From contig CM060733.1 of assembly GCA_030704615.1 (NCBI GenBank), positions 16,430,001-16,494,000 of the forward strand: a stretch of 64,000 nucleotides of DNA, given 5' to 3'. The notes beneath the pieces were generated by a model that saw nothing but the letters and a program-made list of their open reading frames with translations, searched no databases and was not told where the DNA came from. The first letter of the stretch is position 1, and each line of letters opens with the position of its first letter. This document shows positions 50,037 through 61,638 of the stretch, piece after piece. A program made the position numbers and the translations under genes. Origin of the DNA: Takakia lepidozioides (taxonomy: Eukaryota > Plantae > Bryophyta).

Positions 50037-53000
50037 CTAATCTTCATCATCCTCATCTATGTCTGGGTCACTACATGTATCACTGTCTTCATCACAGACT
50101 TCATCTTCTCCAAGGGTTGGCTGAACATCATCACCACGTATACGGGGTGCTCGGAGGTACAAGGAGGCCACCTGCTCTGGAGTAACCGGTACCGCTCGGC
50201 TGCATGTTGGGCCATCAGTAACCACAGTCTCCTCTAGTCTTTGTGGGGCTAACAATCCTTTCACTTCCGCCACATCATCATTATCAATTGATATGTCGCA
50301 GACCACTCTACGTGCTCGGGGGCTCTTCTCCAGGACGACTTTCCACCCCGGCTCCTTCACACAATCAGAAAAAAACACTTGATCAACCTGGCCAGGAAAC
50401 ACAAAAGGTTGCTTAGAAGGTGGAAGCATACGGTTAAAATTGACAAGTGTGAAGCCAGCATCATCCTGCTTCATTGACATAGGTTGACGACCCACGCGAC
50501 TCGCCCGTACCCACGAACACAAAAACACTATAGGCTGTGTTTGGCCATAGTCAATTTGTAAAATCTCCCTTATAAGACCCACATATCTTGTAGGTTCCTC
50601 CATGTCATTGCCTGAATTGTTGGTAATGGGCTGGTGCTGGAAAACAGATGAGACTCCACAATCAAAAGACACCATATTTGTTGTGTTCATGCCGGGGGAT
50701 GTAACCCTGTAATGGTTACCATACGCTGTCATACTCTTGAATGACAGGGCAGTAAATGATGGAGGCCTTGAAAGATCCAGTAATTCCTCACGTGTTGTAG
50801 GATCAAGCCCATCTGATTGAAGAGATGATCTCGTACACCTCGAGGGAGCCAAACAGCAAATGGAGGACAAGGATGCAAATCAGGAGGGTACTGAATTGCC
50901 GTGGGATTGCTCATGCCTTCCAGCCCTTGCTCCTCACGAAACAAGCGTCGTCTGGCTTCTATCCGTGTGGACTCTGCTTCATATATCCTGTCACAATCCG
51001 AGGGTCAGCCAGGAGATTGACAGAGGTGGCGTGGGAGACTTGAAAAGACGCTATATGCCAACTAATGATAAATGACTAAAACTTGGAAATTTGAATGTCA
51101 ATGAAGTAGATTTCTTACCCCAACATGATTGATAGACGAGGATGGTTCTGAGTGATGTACTCATGTACAATATCACACAGGTCATTCAATTTTCGGGCTT
51201 TAGAACTTCCTTCCACAACTTCACGTTCCACAGATTCTGCCTCATCTGCATCCCACACCCTTCGTACACTTCCATCAAATCCTGCCATATACTCTGTGCA
51301 AAAACCCAATGCTTCTTCAAATTGGTATCCTTCTGCCATGCTCCCCTCGGGCCTTGCCATGTTTCTTACGTAGCCCTTCATATCTTTCATTGCCCGCTCC
51401 ATGGGGTACATCCAACGAGATGCTACGGGCCCGCATAAGTACAACTCATCCACTAGGTGAACAACCAGATGTGTCATCACATCAAAAAATGATGGTGGGA
51501 ACTCCTTCTCTATAAGAGATAGAGTGAGAACTGCTTCAGTTCTCAATTCCTCATACTCTACAGGATTCACCACTTTTGCACACAACTTCTTAAATACACG
51601 ACATACTCGCAAAATGGCCCTTCGAGGACCACTTGGCATGAGCCCACGGATAGCAAGCGGTATAATTGCTGCATGAGCACATGATAGTCATGTGATTTCA
51701 TGCCTGACAACTTCTTCTTCACCACATGCTTTTTGAAAGCTGATGCGTAGCCTGTTGGCACTTTCAAGTTCTGCACAATCTCCAGAAAGACTTGTAACTC
51801 GGCCTCAGTGAGGACATAAGGGGCAGGAGGCATAATTAACGTATCTGCTCTGTCAGGATCACGTTGTAGCCACAATTCCGGGCGCATCCCAAGTAGCTCC
51901 AAATCACGGCGAACTTTCAATGTGTCTTTCTCACCAAAGATAGTTTTAATAATATTTTCAGCCAAGTTCTTCTCGCAATGCATTGCGTAAAACGTGTGGC
52001 GGATGAGGAGACCCTACAAAATGAACACATAAGCAATTGAGCATTTACTCATCACAATTTAAACATAAAACGCAAAAATGTACACAGCCAATTTAAAGGC
52101 CATGAAGGAATTACCTCCCAATAAGGTAAGACATATAAAATTGACAATCGCTTAACTCCATGAGTTTTTGCTGGGTCTGTCCTGCTATTTGGCGTCCCTC
52201 CGTTTTCCACCCATGCAGTGCGAGCTGTTGCAAGGTCCTTGATTTGTGTTCCAGTCTGCGTTTTTTGAGGAGTTCCATGCTCAGTAGCGCCATTGAACAT
52301 TCTTGACCTTCTATATGGATGATTGCGGGCCAAAAATCTTCGGTGGCCTAGGAAAACAATTTTTCCACATGTGTGTAACTGCTGTGAAGTCACCCCGGGT
52401 CCACAAGCTGGACAACCAGCATAACCTTTCGTCACTTGACCTGAGAGCAAGCCATATGCAGGGTAGTCATGGATTGACCACATCAACACTACCCTTAGTG
52501 TGAATTCGCGTTGACCACGAGGACGGGAAACATCTTGAGCTGCAATCCCTCTCCATAGTTCCAATAGCTCTTCCACTAGGGGCATCAGGTAAACATCTAC
52601 GTTGTCCGAGGTAACAGACTCCTTACCAGAAGTCAGTAGCGCTAACATGACAAAGAACTTTTTGGTCATTAACCACGGAGGCAGATTGTAATTGACCAAG
52701 AGAACGGGCCATGTCCTCCAACTTGTGGATTGAGCTCCGTAGGGATTTACACCGTCTAAGGCCAATCCAAATCGCAGAGATCGTGGCTCTGCAGCAAAAT
52801 CCGCAAATGTGGTGTCAATGTGTCTCCATGCTTTGCTATCAGCTGGATGTCGAACCAACCCATCCTGGCTCTTATGTCTGTCGTGCCATGTCATGAGGTT
52901 AGCGATCGATTTACATCGGTACATACGTTTCAACCTTGGAATGACAGGGAAGTGTCGCAATACTTTCTTGGGCACACTTCCACGACCTGGAATGTAACGG

Positions 53001-54185
53001 GAACTGCGGCACACTGGGCAAATGTCTACATTCTCATACTCCCCACGGAAGAGTACACAACCACGCTCACATGCATGAATCATCGTGTACTGCAATCCCA
53101 TCATGGCAATCATGGTTTTTGCTTCATAGTGAGTTTTCGGCAATGAATTCTCTCTAGGCAAAAAACTCTTACGCAACAATCCCAGAAACTCATCCACAAA
53201 TGCATTGGTGCACTTGTGGGTAGTGCATGCGTTCAGTAACGTCAAAGTTGCTTGCAGCCGACTGATGGAGCACCCTTAAAAAAGTGGACATTGCGACGCT
53301 CCGAAGAGTTTATCATACTCGGGATCAACGTGCAGGTGAGCATTCTCATCAAATTCATTGTCTCCGGAATCGTCGAGATCATCGTCATGATCGGCAAATG
53401 TGTGATCGGTTCCACCATGAATGGGGTCCTCTCTGTTTGCATCTGCAAAGAGAAACGCTTCCTGCAATGCACGCTGCATTTCTACCTCCAATCCACCACT
53501 CTCATCTGCGTTCTCTGTGACATTGGGCATCCGCTGTGCCGCAGGGCCTTCGTCTTCATCATCTGAATATTCACATCCCTGCATCCCAATAGTCATCTTG
53601 TGAGTGGACCAACAACGATGTGACACTTGTTCATATTATGACATAGGAGGCACGGTGACGTTGCAGTGATGCAGTCATATTTACGTATGTATCTTATGAA
53701 TATACACCCAATCAAAACACGACATTTGTAACCATGGAAGTCATAGTTGCAGTCACTTACTTAGTCATATATGACTACATGACTACACATGACCAATGAA
53801 AACACGACATGTGCATTAATTAAAGTGATAACGGAAGTGGCGTAGTCATACTCACGTCTGTATCTTATGACTTCTTGACTACAATCACCCAACGAAATGT
53901 CGACATGTGGAGAAGAGGATCGTTGCATTCAAAATTCAAACTAAAGTGCTGAAGGGAAAGTGGTGATCTTACCGGAAGAGAACAGCGTTGGAGAAGAGGA
54001 TCCCTCCCGTGTATCATGTAATGATTCCTCACTGTTTCCAACAAGAGTACTTTTCCTCCATGACACTCATCGCAGTTGCATAGCATTTTTGTATGCCCAT
54101 TCCTTGTGGCATAAGCTTCTTCCATTCGCCATAGACGGTCATCTATTCTACGCCTACGCATCCGTTCGCCACCTGCACTGTACAT
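50037..54185 (-). pseudogene. CACTA transposase TnpD/TNP2 (transposase-associated, Transposase_21, DUF4218, DUF4216 regions)
   Basis: MLCNCDEC; IHACERGCVLF, HPADSKAW, LALDGVNPY, NYNLPPW, WSIHDYPAYG, MHCEKN, GMKSHDYH, FPPSFFDVMTHL, RWMYPMER, PEGSMAEGY, QPFVFPGQVDQVFF. In-frame TAA at 53276-53278 and a frameshift near 51660. Confidence 0.93.
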
Positions 54186-54672
54186 GCTTTGAACGTCACC
54201 CCTTCCCTCTTTGCATGCTACGCACAGTGCATTGTCTCTAGTTTTGCACCAGTTGCCAATGTGCTATTTCTATATCTATAGTATACTATAAGTATCGTTT
54301 CTGAGTGTCCATGGTGAAGCGGAAGGTCTTCGAAGTGACAGTCCCTCTCACTGAGTATGAGAAGTTCCGAGAGCGCCGGATTGCTGCCATAAAGGAGGTG
54401 GAAGCAACGTTCAAGCAGTCGATAGATGGGTGAGTTTAGTTCCTGACTTTGGATACCCACCCACTAAACTTGCGATTTGCCTTATCCTCTAACCTTCCTA
54501 CAGCGATCATAAGCTTCATAGCACAAATGGGGGCGAGTAGCTGCGACTTGTACAAACAGAGAGGCAAACAACATGCAGTGAGTGACGATTAGGTTTGAGA
54601 AGGGTGTGTCATTAGGCGGGAGATGTCCGCCGTCATTCGTGGGCAGGCATTACGTCCTGGTAGGGTGCGGCT

Positions 54673-56911
54673 GTGGTTCAGCGTAGGCTTAATAGTATTA
54701 GGGAATGTATGCTTACATTTGTTTGTGATTGTTTGAGAGGGAGGTCATGGAGGTGTTTGTGCAGGCTTGCGGGAGCGAATCGCCCTTGCAAGCCACGCAC
54801 TCCAAAGGAAAAAGGTAGGGATCAAGGTCCTGCAAGGCAAAGTGCCAGACTGAAGACGATGAAGACTATGATTCTGCATGAGGGCTCTTCTGAGGACGAT
54901 GAGGACGATCCACTCCTCCCACGCCAGTGCGAGGCGAGTGCGTCGTCGGCGGATGCCACGGCAAGCCGAGGAGAACATGCCCATGCTCATGTCGCAGGAC
55001 AAAAACGCCCATCATCTACACTACGAACACCTTCTCCGTCTGTGAGTTATAGTTCTTCACAATGACCATGATTCTAATTATGTATGTTTTTGGTAAAATC
55101 ACGAAGAGATAGGGTATGTCTGTCAAGACAGGGAAGTTGGACAATGCAGGGGTCAGCCAAGGCACAATCACAAATGATTTCCACTAGACAAGTTGAAGTG
55201 CCAAAGGCATGATGTCAGGCCAAGGTAGACTTCAGGTGTGTTCAAATTCTTTGCCCCATGAAACCAACGTCCTGGTACTAAGCTACAATGGCTACTTATA
55301 GAGATACTTGGGTTACTTATGCACCCAGAATATCAGTAAAACTTGGAGGGATACTTCTCATGGACCCATCAGGTTTGTCCATTTGAATTCTTGCTATGGA
55401 TTTCAGGAACACCCCATACCTAAGAGGGCTCAAAAATGTACTGGGAGGACATCATTGGGGCCAATCAAATTTGGGAGATTTACTGCCCAAGATCATACTG
55501 AGTTTTGGGTAATCTTGTCTTTACAAATGATATGTGCTTCCAGTTTGTTTTGCCTGAATTCAAGGATTTGCTGCTTGCTGCCTATATGTATGTGTAATCA
55601 CCCACATTGTACTGGGGAATTTCTTTTCAGGGCAAGCACAAGCGCACTGGATCCATGATCCCTGCTGCTAGCAATGGAGATGGCGCCCACAAGAACGCAA
55701 GAGGTGGCCCTAACTCTCCCAACGTTGTGGGTTCTGTGCCACCAGTACCCCCACCTTATTATGGTATGCCTCAGTACCCACAGTCTGGCACTCAGTATGG
55801 TCAGGGTCAATATGGTGCTCCTCCATATGGGCAGTATGGCCAGTATCCTCCTCCACCATATTTGCCACCCCCTAATAGCTATGGGGGTGGCAGGCCACCG
55901 GAATATCCTCCTGCTTATGGACAGTATGGCCAGTATGGTCCTCGGCCTTCTGGCCAACAACCATGGCCACCAGTCCCTACTTGGCAGGATCCTGCTTTGA
56001 ATTCTCCTGAGCGCACGGAGGTCTCTGAAGGAGGGGAGGGTGCCGTTTCAAATAATGATAGAACCAATGCTTTAAGGAGGGCTAATAGCTCAGCCAAAAT
56101 TGAAGCTGCCAAGGTCAAGGAAGAGAGAATAGCTGCAGGTCTTCCTCCCACGGTGATTTTGACGAACCTCAAAGGAGCCCCGTATGGTCAGACCCGAAAT
56201 GTATGGCACGCTGCCCTTAAAGGACAGGCTTATCGCAAGTTAGATTGTTCCCTTGCCATCAACAACCAACCTGATGAAGTTGTATACAAAATCAGAGATC
56301 ACCTGACTAAGCTATTTTCATATACGCCGCACGAGTTAAAAGACTCAAACAATTGGCAGAATAATGAAGAGCCAGCGTTATGAAGCACACACTGCGTGGT
56401 TGGGTGGTAAGGGGAAACAGACGAGGGGCAAGAGTGTCGACCCGGCGAGTAGCCCCCCAAAAGAGGTCTCACCACCACTGGAGACTGCAAATGGAGTAAG
56501 TCCAGGCCGGTGTCTTGTCTGTTATATTTTTTCCAACCTTGGGGCTCTCTTTAACTCGCAAATGTTGAGTGTCCTAGTCGTGTGTATGTCATGGGTTTTC
56601 ACATCGTGTTCTTTTTTGTGTGGAGTTGGGATCACAGTTCAGGGGAGGTTCGGCTGTTGGATGTGAACTCCAAACGCAAGAAATGTGGAGTAGGGCTGAT
56701 TGTTGCTCTTCAAGGTGCTGTGGTGGGTTACGGGTACCCTGCTGTGCCCCTTGATTATGCCTGTGTGTACATCAAAGAGGCATGTGTCAGTAACACCCCT
56801 CTACCATATGTGAATGGTGTTAGGAAACAGACCGAGTTGGGGCAGGTGGTTGGCCAGACAACACTTTGGAGTCTAAAGTTACTGAAACTTATGGAGCTGC
56901 GGAAGGGATAG
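54673..56911 (+). pseudogene. CACTA TnpA/TNP1-like second gene, spliced, divergent from TnpD
   Basis: Basic/acidic first exon, Pro/Tyr/Gln/Gly-rich exon (PPYGQYGQY repeats). C-terminal domain VRLLD...VG.IV...VPLDYACVYI...PLPY...TELGQVVGQTTLW is typical of Tnp1/En-Spm C-termini. Confidence 0.65.
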
Positions 56912-57519
56912 TCAGTATTGCACTGTTTAACAGAGTTCTTGATTCTAATAGCACTAGAACATACTAGCTACAACAATTCAGCCCATGTGTGGGCTTGCTT
57001 GTTTTTTGCTGGGCCTTTTGAGGCATGGATTTTTTGATCTTGTGGCTTTTGAGGTGTCCATTGGGATATTGGTCTCATTTGGATTTTTGTAATGTGATTT
57101 ATAGGGCGTGTATTGCCCTGTAGTTGACTATTTACATTCTCCTTGTGGTTGATAGTATGCAGGAGGGATCCATTCTGTTTTCATGTTGGAATTTCACCAT
57201 GTAATGAAGATTTTAAATCATTTAATTCACTTTCATTTTAAATAATAATATTAAAAATAATACCATTAAAAAAAAATCCAAGGCTGCAATCTCCCTGTTC
57301 TTTTAAATATTAAATGAAAACTAAAAATTAAAATATGAACATTAAAAATATAAACTATTTCGGAAAACAATCTTGATGACACGTGGCATCACTGTTGCTC
57401 AAACCAGAACACGTGGCAGTATATGACACGACATTTTTTATCCATATTTTCACCACGTGTAAAGATCCGTCGTCATATATGCTAGTCATATATTTTGTCT
57501 GTGTGTCACATGTCACATC

Positions 57520-57890
57520 TCAAGTGCAACAGGTGTCCCGCTAATATCTCTCCATGTAGACATCACTGTAGTCATATGAGCGAGTCATGTAGTCACCACG
57601 TGTGAAATCTGCCATAGCACACGTGTCTCGCTAGCGCCTCTCCATGTAGGCATCACTGTGCAGACATGTAGTCATATGATTATGGCAAGAAGTCGTGACA
57701 TGTCGAATTCGCAGTGGCGCACGTGTCTATCCATCGCCTCTCCATGTAGGCATCACTTTGCAGACATATAGTCATATGATCCCCTGACGAATGCATGACG
57801 TGTCGCTTGCGCAGTGGCGCACGTGTTCCGCTGAAGCCTCTCCATGTAGGCAGCGCTCAACAGACAATGTAGTCATATATTAGTCATATA
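57520..57890. repeat. ~100-bp tandem repeats (4 copies) in the CACTA subterminal region
   Basis: ctctccatgtag(g/a)ca recurs at ~57548, 57638, 57738, 57838. Confidence 0.85.
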
Positions 57891-58155
57891 GTTGTGACTG
57901 CAACCCTCTCTGCAGCAGGACTCCAGGTGCCACACAAGCAATGGATATGACTTGCAAAACGCAGTCCTAAAGACTAGTCGCTATGACAGGGTTTTTTTCA
58001 CTACAGAGTGATGTAGTCATGAACGCATATAAGACTGAAAAAATAGTCATATGTGAAGTCATAAAAACGCTCATCTGTTGTAGTGTCCTAAAGGCGATCT
58101 GAAATCATTTATTTCAAAGAGTGACACACAAGTACATTGGCATCCTCAGTTGAAG

Positions 58156-59067
58156 CTACGCAAAAGTCAGGAGCCCAGTCTCACTATCGATATAAACGGG
58201 ATGTAGCCATACTGGGAACTTTTCATCCTCAGGTGATGCTCTCAGCAACGGCAAATAATGAAGTTCCTTTGGGATGAAAATGAGTGAGTCGTTGTGGCGC
58301 GAATTATTTGGTCCTCTGAAGTATTGTGGTGAACTGTTAAAGGCACTCTGACTGCTCTCGGGGTTCCAAAGGGGCATTGAACCACTAGTCCTAGATCTCA
58401 AAACCAATTCAAGACACGCTGGATTGAAACAACTTGGAGGCTCATCTCCGGCTCTTGGAGTGGCGAAATTATCAATAGGGGTCATTGGCTTTCCTTCGGG
58501 ACTCCCGGAGATAGTCATTGCAAGTCCTTGAGTTAGCGGTGAGCCCATCCAATCCCTGACATTATAGCTGAGGTCACTGATTTGTCCAGGAGTTATCGGA
58601 GATCCAGCCCAATCTCTTAGATTGAAACTCGGCCCTGATATAGTAAACCCTGAAATTACACTTGACATGACCGTGTATGGTTTCCCATCACATATCGACC
58701 TGTTTCTCTTCACAGACGGAATTGAAACACCAGATTGTGTGAACATTGGTCCATCTCCTACAGTACCTATCTTCAGTTGCGGTGTAGTGCATTCAGCCGT
58801 GGATGAGATACACATGGATGACATTCGTTTCTTCGAATGGTTTGAGTGACAGGATGTCGGCAGTTTTGTTGGAAACTGCGGAGTATTATCCAAATCATCC
58901 GGCCCGTCCACACTGTCCATTCTATAATTGACGAGAGCATTAGATACAAGGCTAGGAAGATTAGCTCTGAATATTATATGGTTACAAATCACGTTACAAA
59001 TCATATTATTAACCATCCAAGATAAACAACTATTGATGACATTCTGAATCAAATGAAAGTTTACCAT
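58156..59067 (-). CDS. Ser/Pro-rich ORF of unknown function abutting the CACTA right end
   Basis: 303-aa open frame with an internal repeat (NLRDWAGSPITPG / NVRDWMGSPLTQG). Same strand as the FCP1-like gene on the other side of the CACTA. Confidence 0.4.
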   Translation of the reverse strand: MVNFHLIQNVINSCLSWMVNNMICNVICNHIIFRANLPSLVSNALVNYRMDSVDGPDDLDNTPQFPTKLPTSCHSNHSKKRMSSMCISSTAECTTPQLKIGTVGDGPMFTQSGVSIPSVKRNRSICDGKPYTVMSSVISGFTISGPSFNLRDWAGSPITPGQISDLSYNVRDWMGSPLTQGLAMTISGSPEGKPMTPIDNFATPRAGDEPPSCFNPACLELVLRSRTSGSMPLWNPESSQSAFNSSPQYFRGPNNSRHNDSLIFIPKELHYLPLLRASPEDEKFPVWLHPVYIDSETGLLTFA

Positions 59068-59679
59068 CCACTTTTGAAGTCAATCTATCATAGGTTAGCT
59101 AAGTCACTTGGATTTAAAGGTTCCGTGCTAACTATCCTAACGCAAACACTGACAACTAGATGTTATACTTTTGATTTCGTCCAGCTCTAGACACATTTGT
59201 TTGTGCTTAACTGAAGACGATTTGGACCTGGGTTTCATGCAGGTCATCGAACCCAGGTCCGAAACACACCATTCTTAGTGATGAACTAAAAAAATTCATT
59301 GCACGGACTCCATGTCGGCACAACTACTCTAGTGGATTATAGCTGTTTTGGTTACATGATCCGTTACACTTCTCAAGGCTGATTGTTTCGTCCCATGGTC
59401 CACAATCTATTATCGTTTAATGAGCTTGATCGTTCCTAGGTTTAGTGACAGTACCTTACAGCACTCTGGGCACTGATATGATTATTCAGGTAATCGGACC
59501 CGGGTCCGAAACCTAGCAAGGTTAGAGACAGTTCAGCGTTCGTGTTATTCTTACCATCTATTGACACACATGACACAACTTCTATGTCTCCAATGAACAT
59601 TTTATCCCGTCAGGCTTATTTCTTTGGAACTCGGTCCAGACTCAATGACATGTTAGTATAACAATACTACCTACAATTC

Positions 59680-60385
59680 GGGGTACTATTGTTTGAGTGA
59701 ACTTATGTATCTTTTATATGCTCGATAGTGGGAGGTCCGTTCTTTATTTAGAGAAGATATGGCCATTATCTAGTTATATATTGCTATAAACATCTTGAGT
59801 TCATCGTTGATACACTTAGAACAATGTACGAAGTGTGTTCTTTTTCTTGTTTCAGCTTTTAGGTGTGCATACATGAGTCTGCAGGCTGGCATGGAGGAAT
59901 TAAAAGAGAATCTGGTCCCAACTTTCACACATGACATGGAACACCAAAGTTGTCATGGTCATATATTTCCACATGATGAGGTGGCTTCTGAAGTGGGTAT
60001 AGAGGTATTCAAGTCCAACTGGTCTGTATTGAATTCTCATGTAGGTCTTGTACGTGAGGTTTCCACGTATTGTTTTCTGATAAGTTCTATGCATGTCTGG
60101 ATCATTGTTAGATAATATCACTATCATTGTCATGAAAGTGAAATGTAGTAGGACTTGGCATGGCAAGAGGTTTACATAGACATTGACCACGTCCTCCCTA
60201 AGAGAACAACCACCTCACTTTGTAATATAAAAGATACCCAAGTTCACTCAAAAGCTTCCATTGGATAGCAATGTACTCTTGTTTGAGTGAACTTAGGTAT
60301 CTTTTACATGAGATAGTGGGAGGTCTGTTATTTATTTAAAATATATAGGATATTATCTTGTGCTATAAACATCTTGAGTTCATAA
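59680..60385. repeat. ~120-bp direct duplication (59683-59803 / 60273-60383) plus a 25-bp hairpin (60228-60305)
   Basis: gtact.ttgtttgagtgaactta.gtatctttta twice; taaaagatacccaagttcactcaaa pairs with tttgagtgaacttaggtatctttta. Confidence 0.75.
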
Positions 60386-61303
60386 GTTGGTCTACTCAAT
60401 CTCACTGTTCAATCCCCAAAGTTTATATTCCCATCGGTTTATCAAACAGACAATTGCGGTTCAAATTGACATGTATACAATGATGCTTCACTATATATTG
60501 ACGATGAAGGATTTCGAAGACCTGTCGAGTCTCCCTTGCTCCGCTGAGAGGAAGACTACTGGTCATGTTATCGATATGGACGTGGAGAGCTTTCGTAGTG
60601 ATGGATTGCCACGTATTTTTTATTCTATTCTTGATTTGGACTTAAAGTGGCACTCTCCGAGTCATACTGAAGTCAAGGTAAATGAATCTAATCATTCTTT
60701 GACTAGACGATATAGGTCGAGTCATCTGCTCAATCTCTTTCAGAGAGTATGTGCCACATCTCCCACTAGTCCACGATCATCATCTTATGTTTACTTCATT
60801 TCGGACCCGGGTCCAAAGTATCTACATGTCTTGTCTCTAACTTGTACATCTCATGCATTTCACAGGTTGTTCCGCTCTCGGATCAATCTTTAGAGGTTAA
60901 TGAGATAGTGTCAGTTGACACTGTTCTTCCACAATCAACAATGACTGCTCCGTTGTTGGAATCATCTGTGGAGGTTGTACAAGCGGTGCCCTTTGTTACC
61001 GGTCTTCCGCGATCGTCAATGGTTGCCCCAATTTTAGACAACGATGTTATCTCTGCTTCTTACAATCAACAACGGATCTCGCAAGGGAAGGTGCTATATT
61101 TGAAATTGTTTTGATTCATGCCCATTGAGCTCCTCATATTGAATTGGTTGCATGTGATGCTGAAGATTTTTTTTTTTTTTTTTTTTTTTTTCTAGATACT
61201 AGAGAAGGAAAAAATGGATCAACGCGCACGAACACAACTCGTAATGGAGAGTATTCCACCCAAATCTTGTTCCTCTGGTGGAGATGCATTACTTGATTCA
61301 CTT

Positions 61304-61638
61304 CGCCATGTTGCTTAGTTGGTGCAGCAGTACCCTGAGTTGTTGCCGGTGTGTGCAGCTCGTGGATATCAGCAGGCCTTGCCAGCAGACATTTCATTGC
61401 TGGGGGCACAGGATTTGGAGCGGGTTGGCTCCATTCACTTGGTAGTGGTAGGTTGGCCTTGCCAAGGGCATTCATCAGCCGGACATGGCAATGGATTGCG
61501 AAACTCGAGGTCGGGTCTGTTTTGGGAGATGGTGCGGGTTTTGCGCCACTTACAGCTTCATCAAGCTGTATCTCCAACATACATCTTGGAGAATGTGCCA
61601 CTATTAGGCAATTCTCGGGCCAGGGTGAAGGCCAGTGT
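61304..61638 (+). pseudogene. C5 cytosine DNA methyltransferase catalytic fragment (motifs III-VI) at the start of Gypsy copy 2
   Basis: ALPADISLL..DL..VGSIHLVVVGWPCQGHSSAG...GLRNSRSGLFWE...YILENVP. PCQ at 61457-61465, ENV at 61589-61597, in frame with RT. Confidence 0.88.

Larger units (their letters stand above)
47452..58085 (-). mobile_element. CACTA (En/Spm) transposon, ~10.6 kb; right TIR intact, left terminus eroded
   Basis: Ends ...catctgttgTAGTG at 58085. gtcatat/atgactac subterminal repeats at 47455-47730 and 57400-58070. Encodes TnpD and TnpA-like ORFs. No matching CACTACAAC at the left end, so TSD is unverifiable. Confidence 0.85.

Noticed and set aside
61167-61191. Poly(A) tail of a retrocopy (T run)
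   Set aside because: No TSD or recognisable LINE/mRNA body adjacent.
61304-61638. Bacterial restriction-modification methylase or contamination
   Set aside because: In frame with Gypsy RT, similar composition to the retroelement, and no endonuclease or bacterial gene context.
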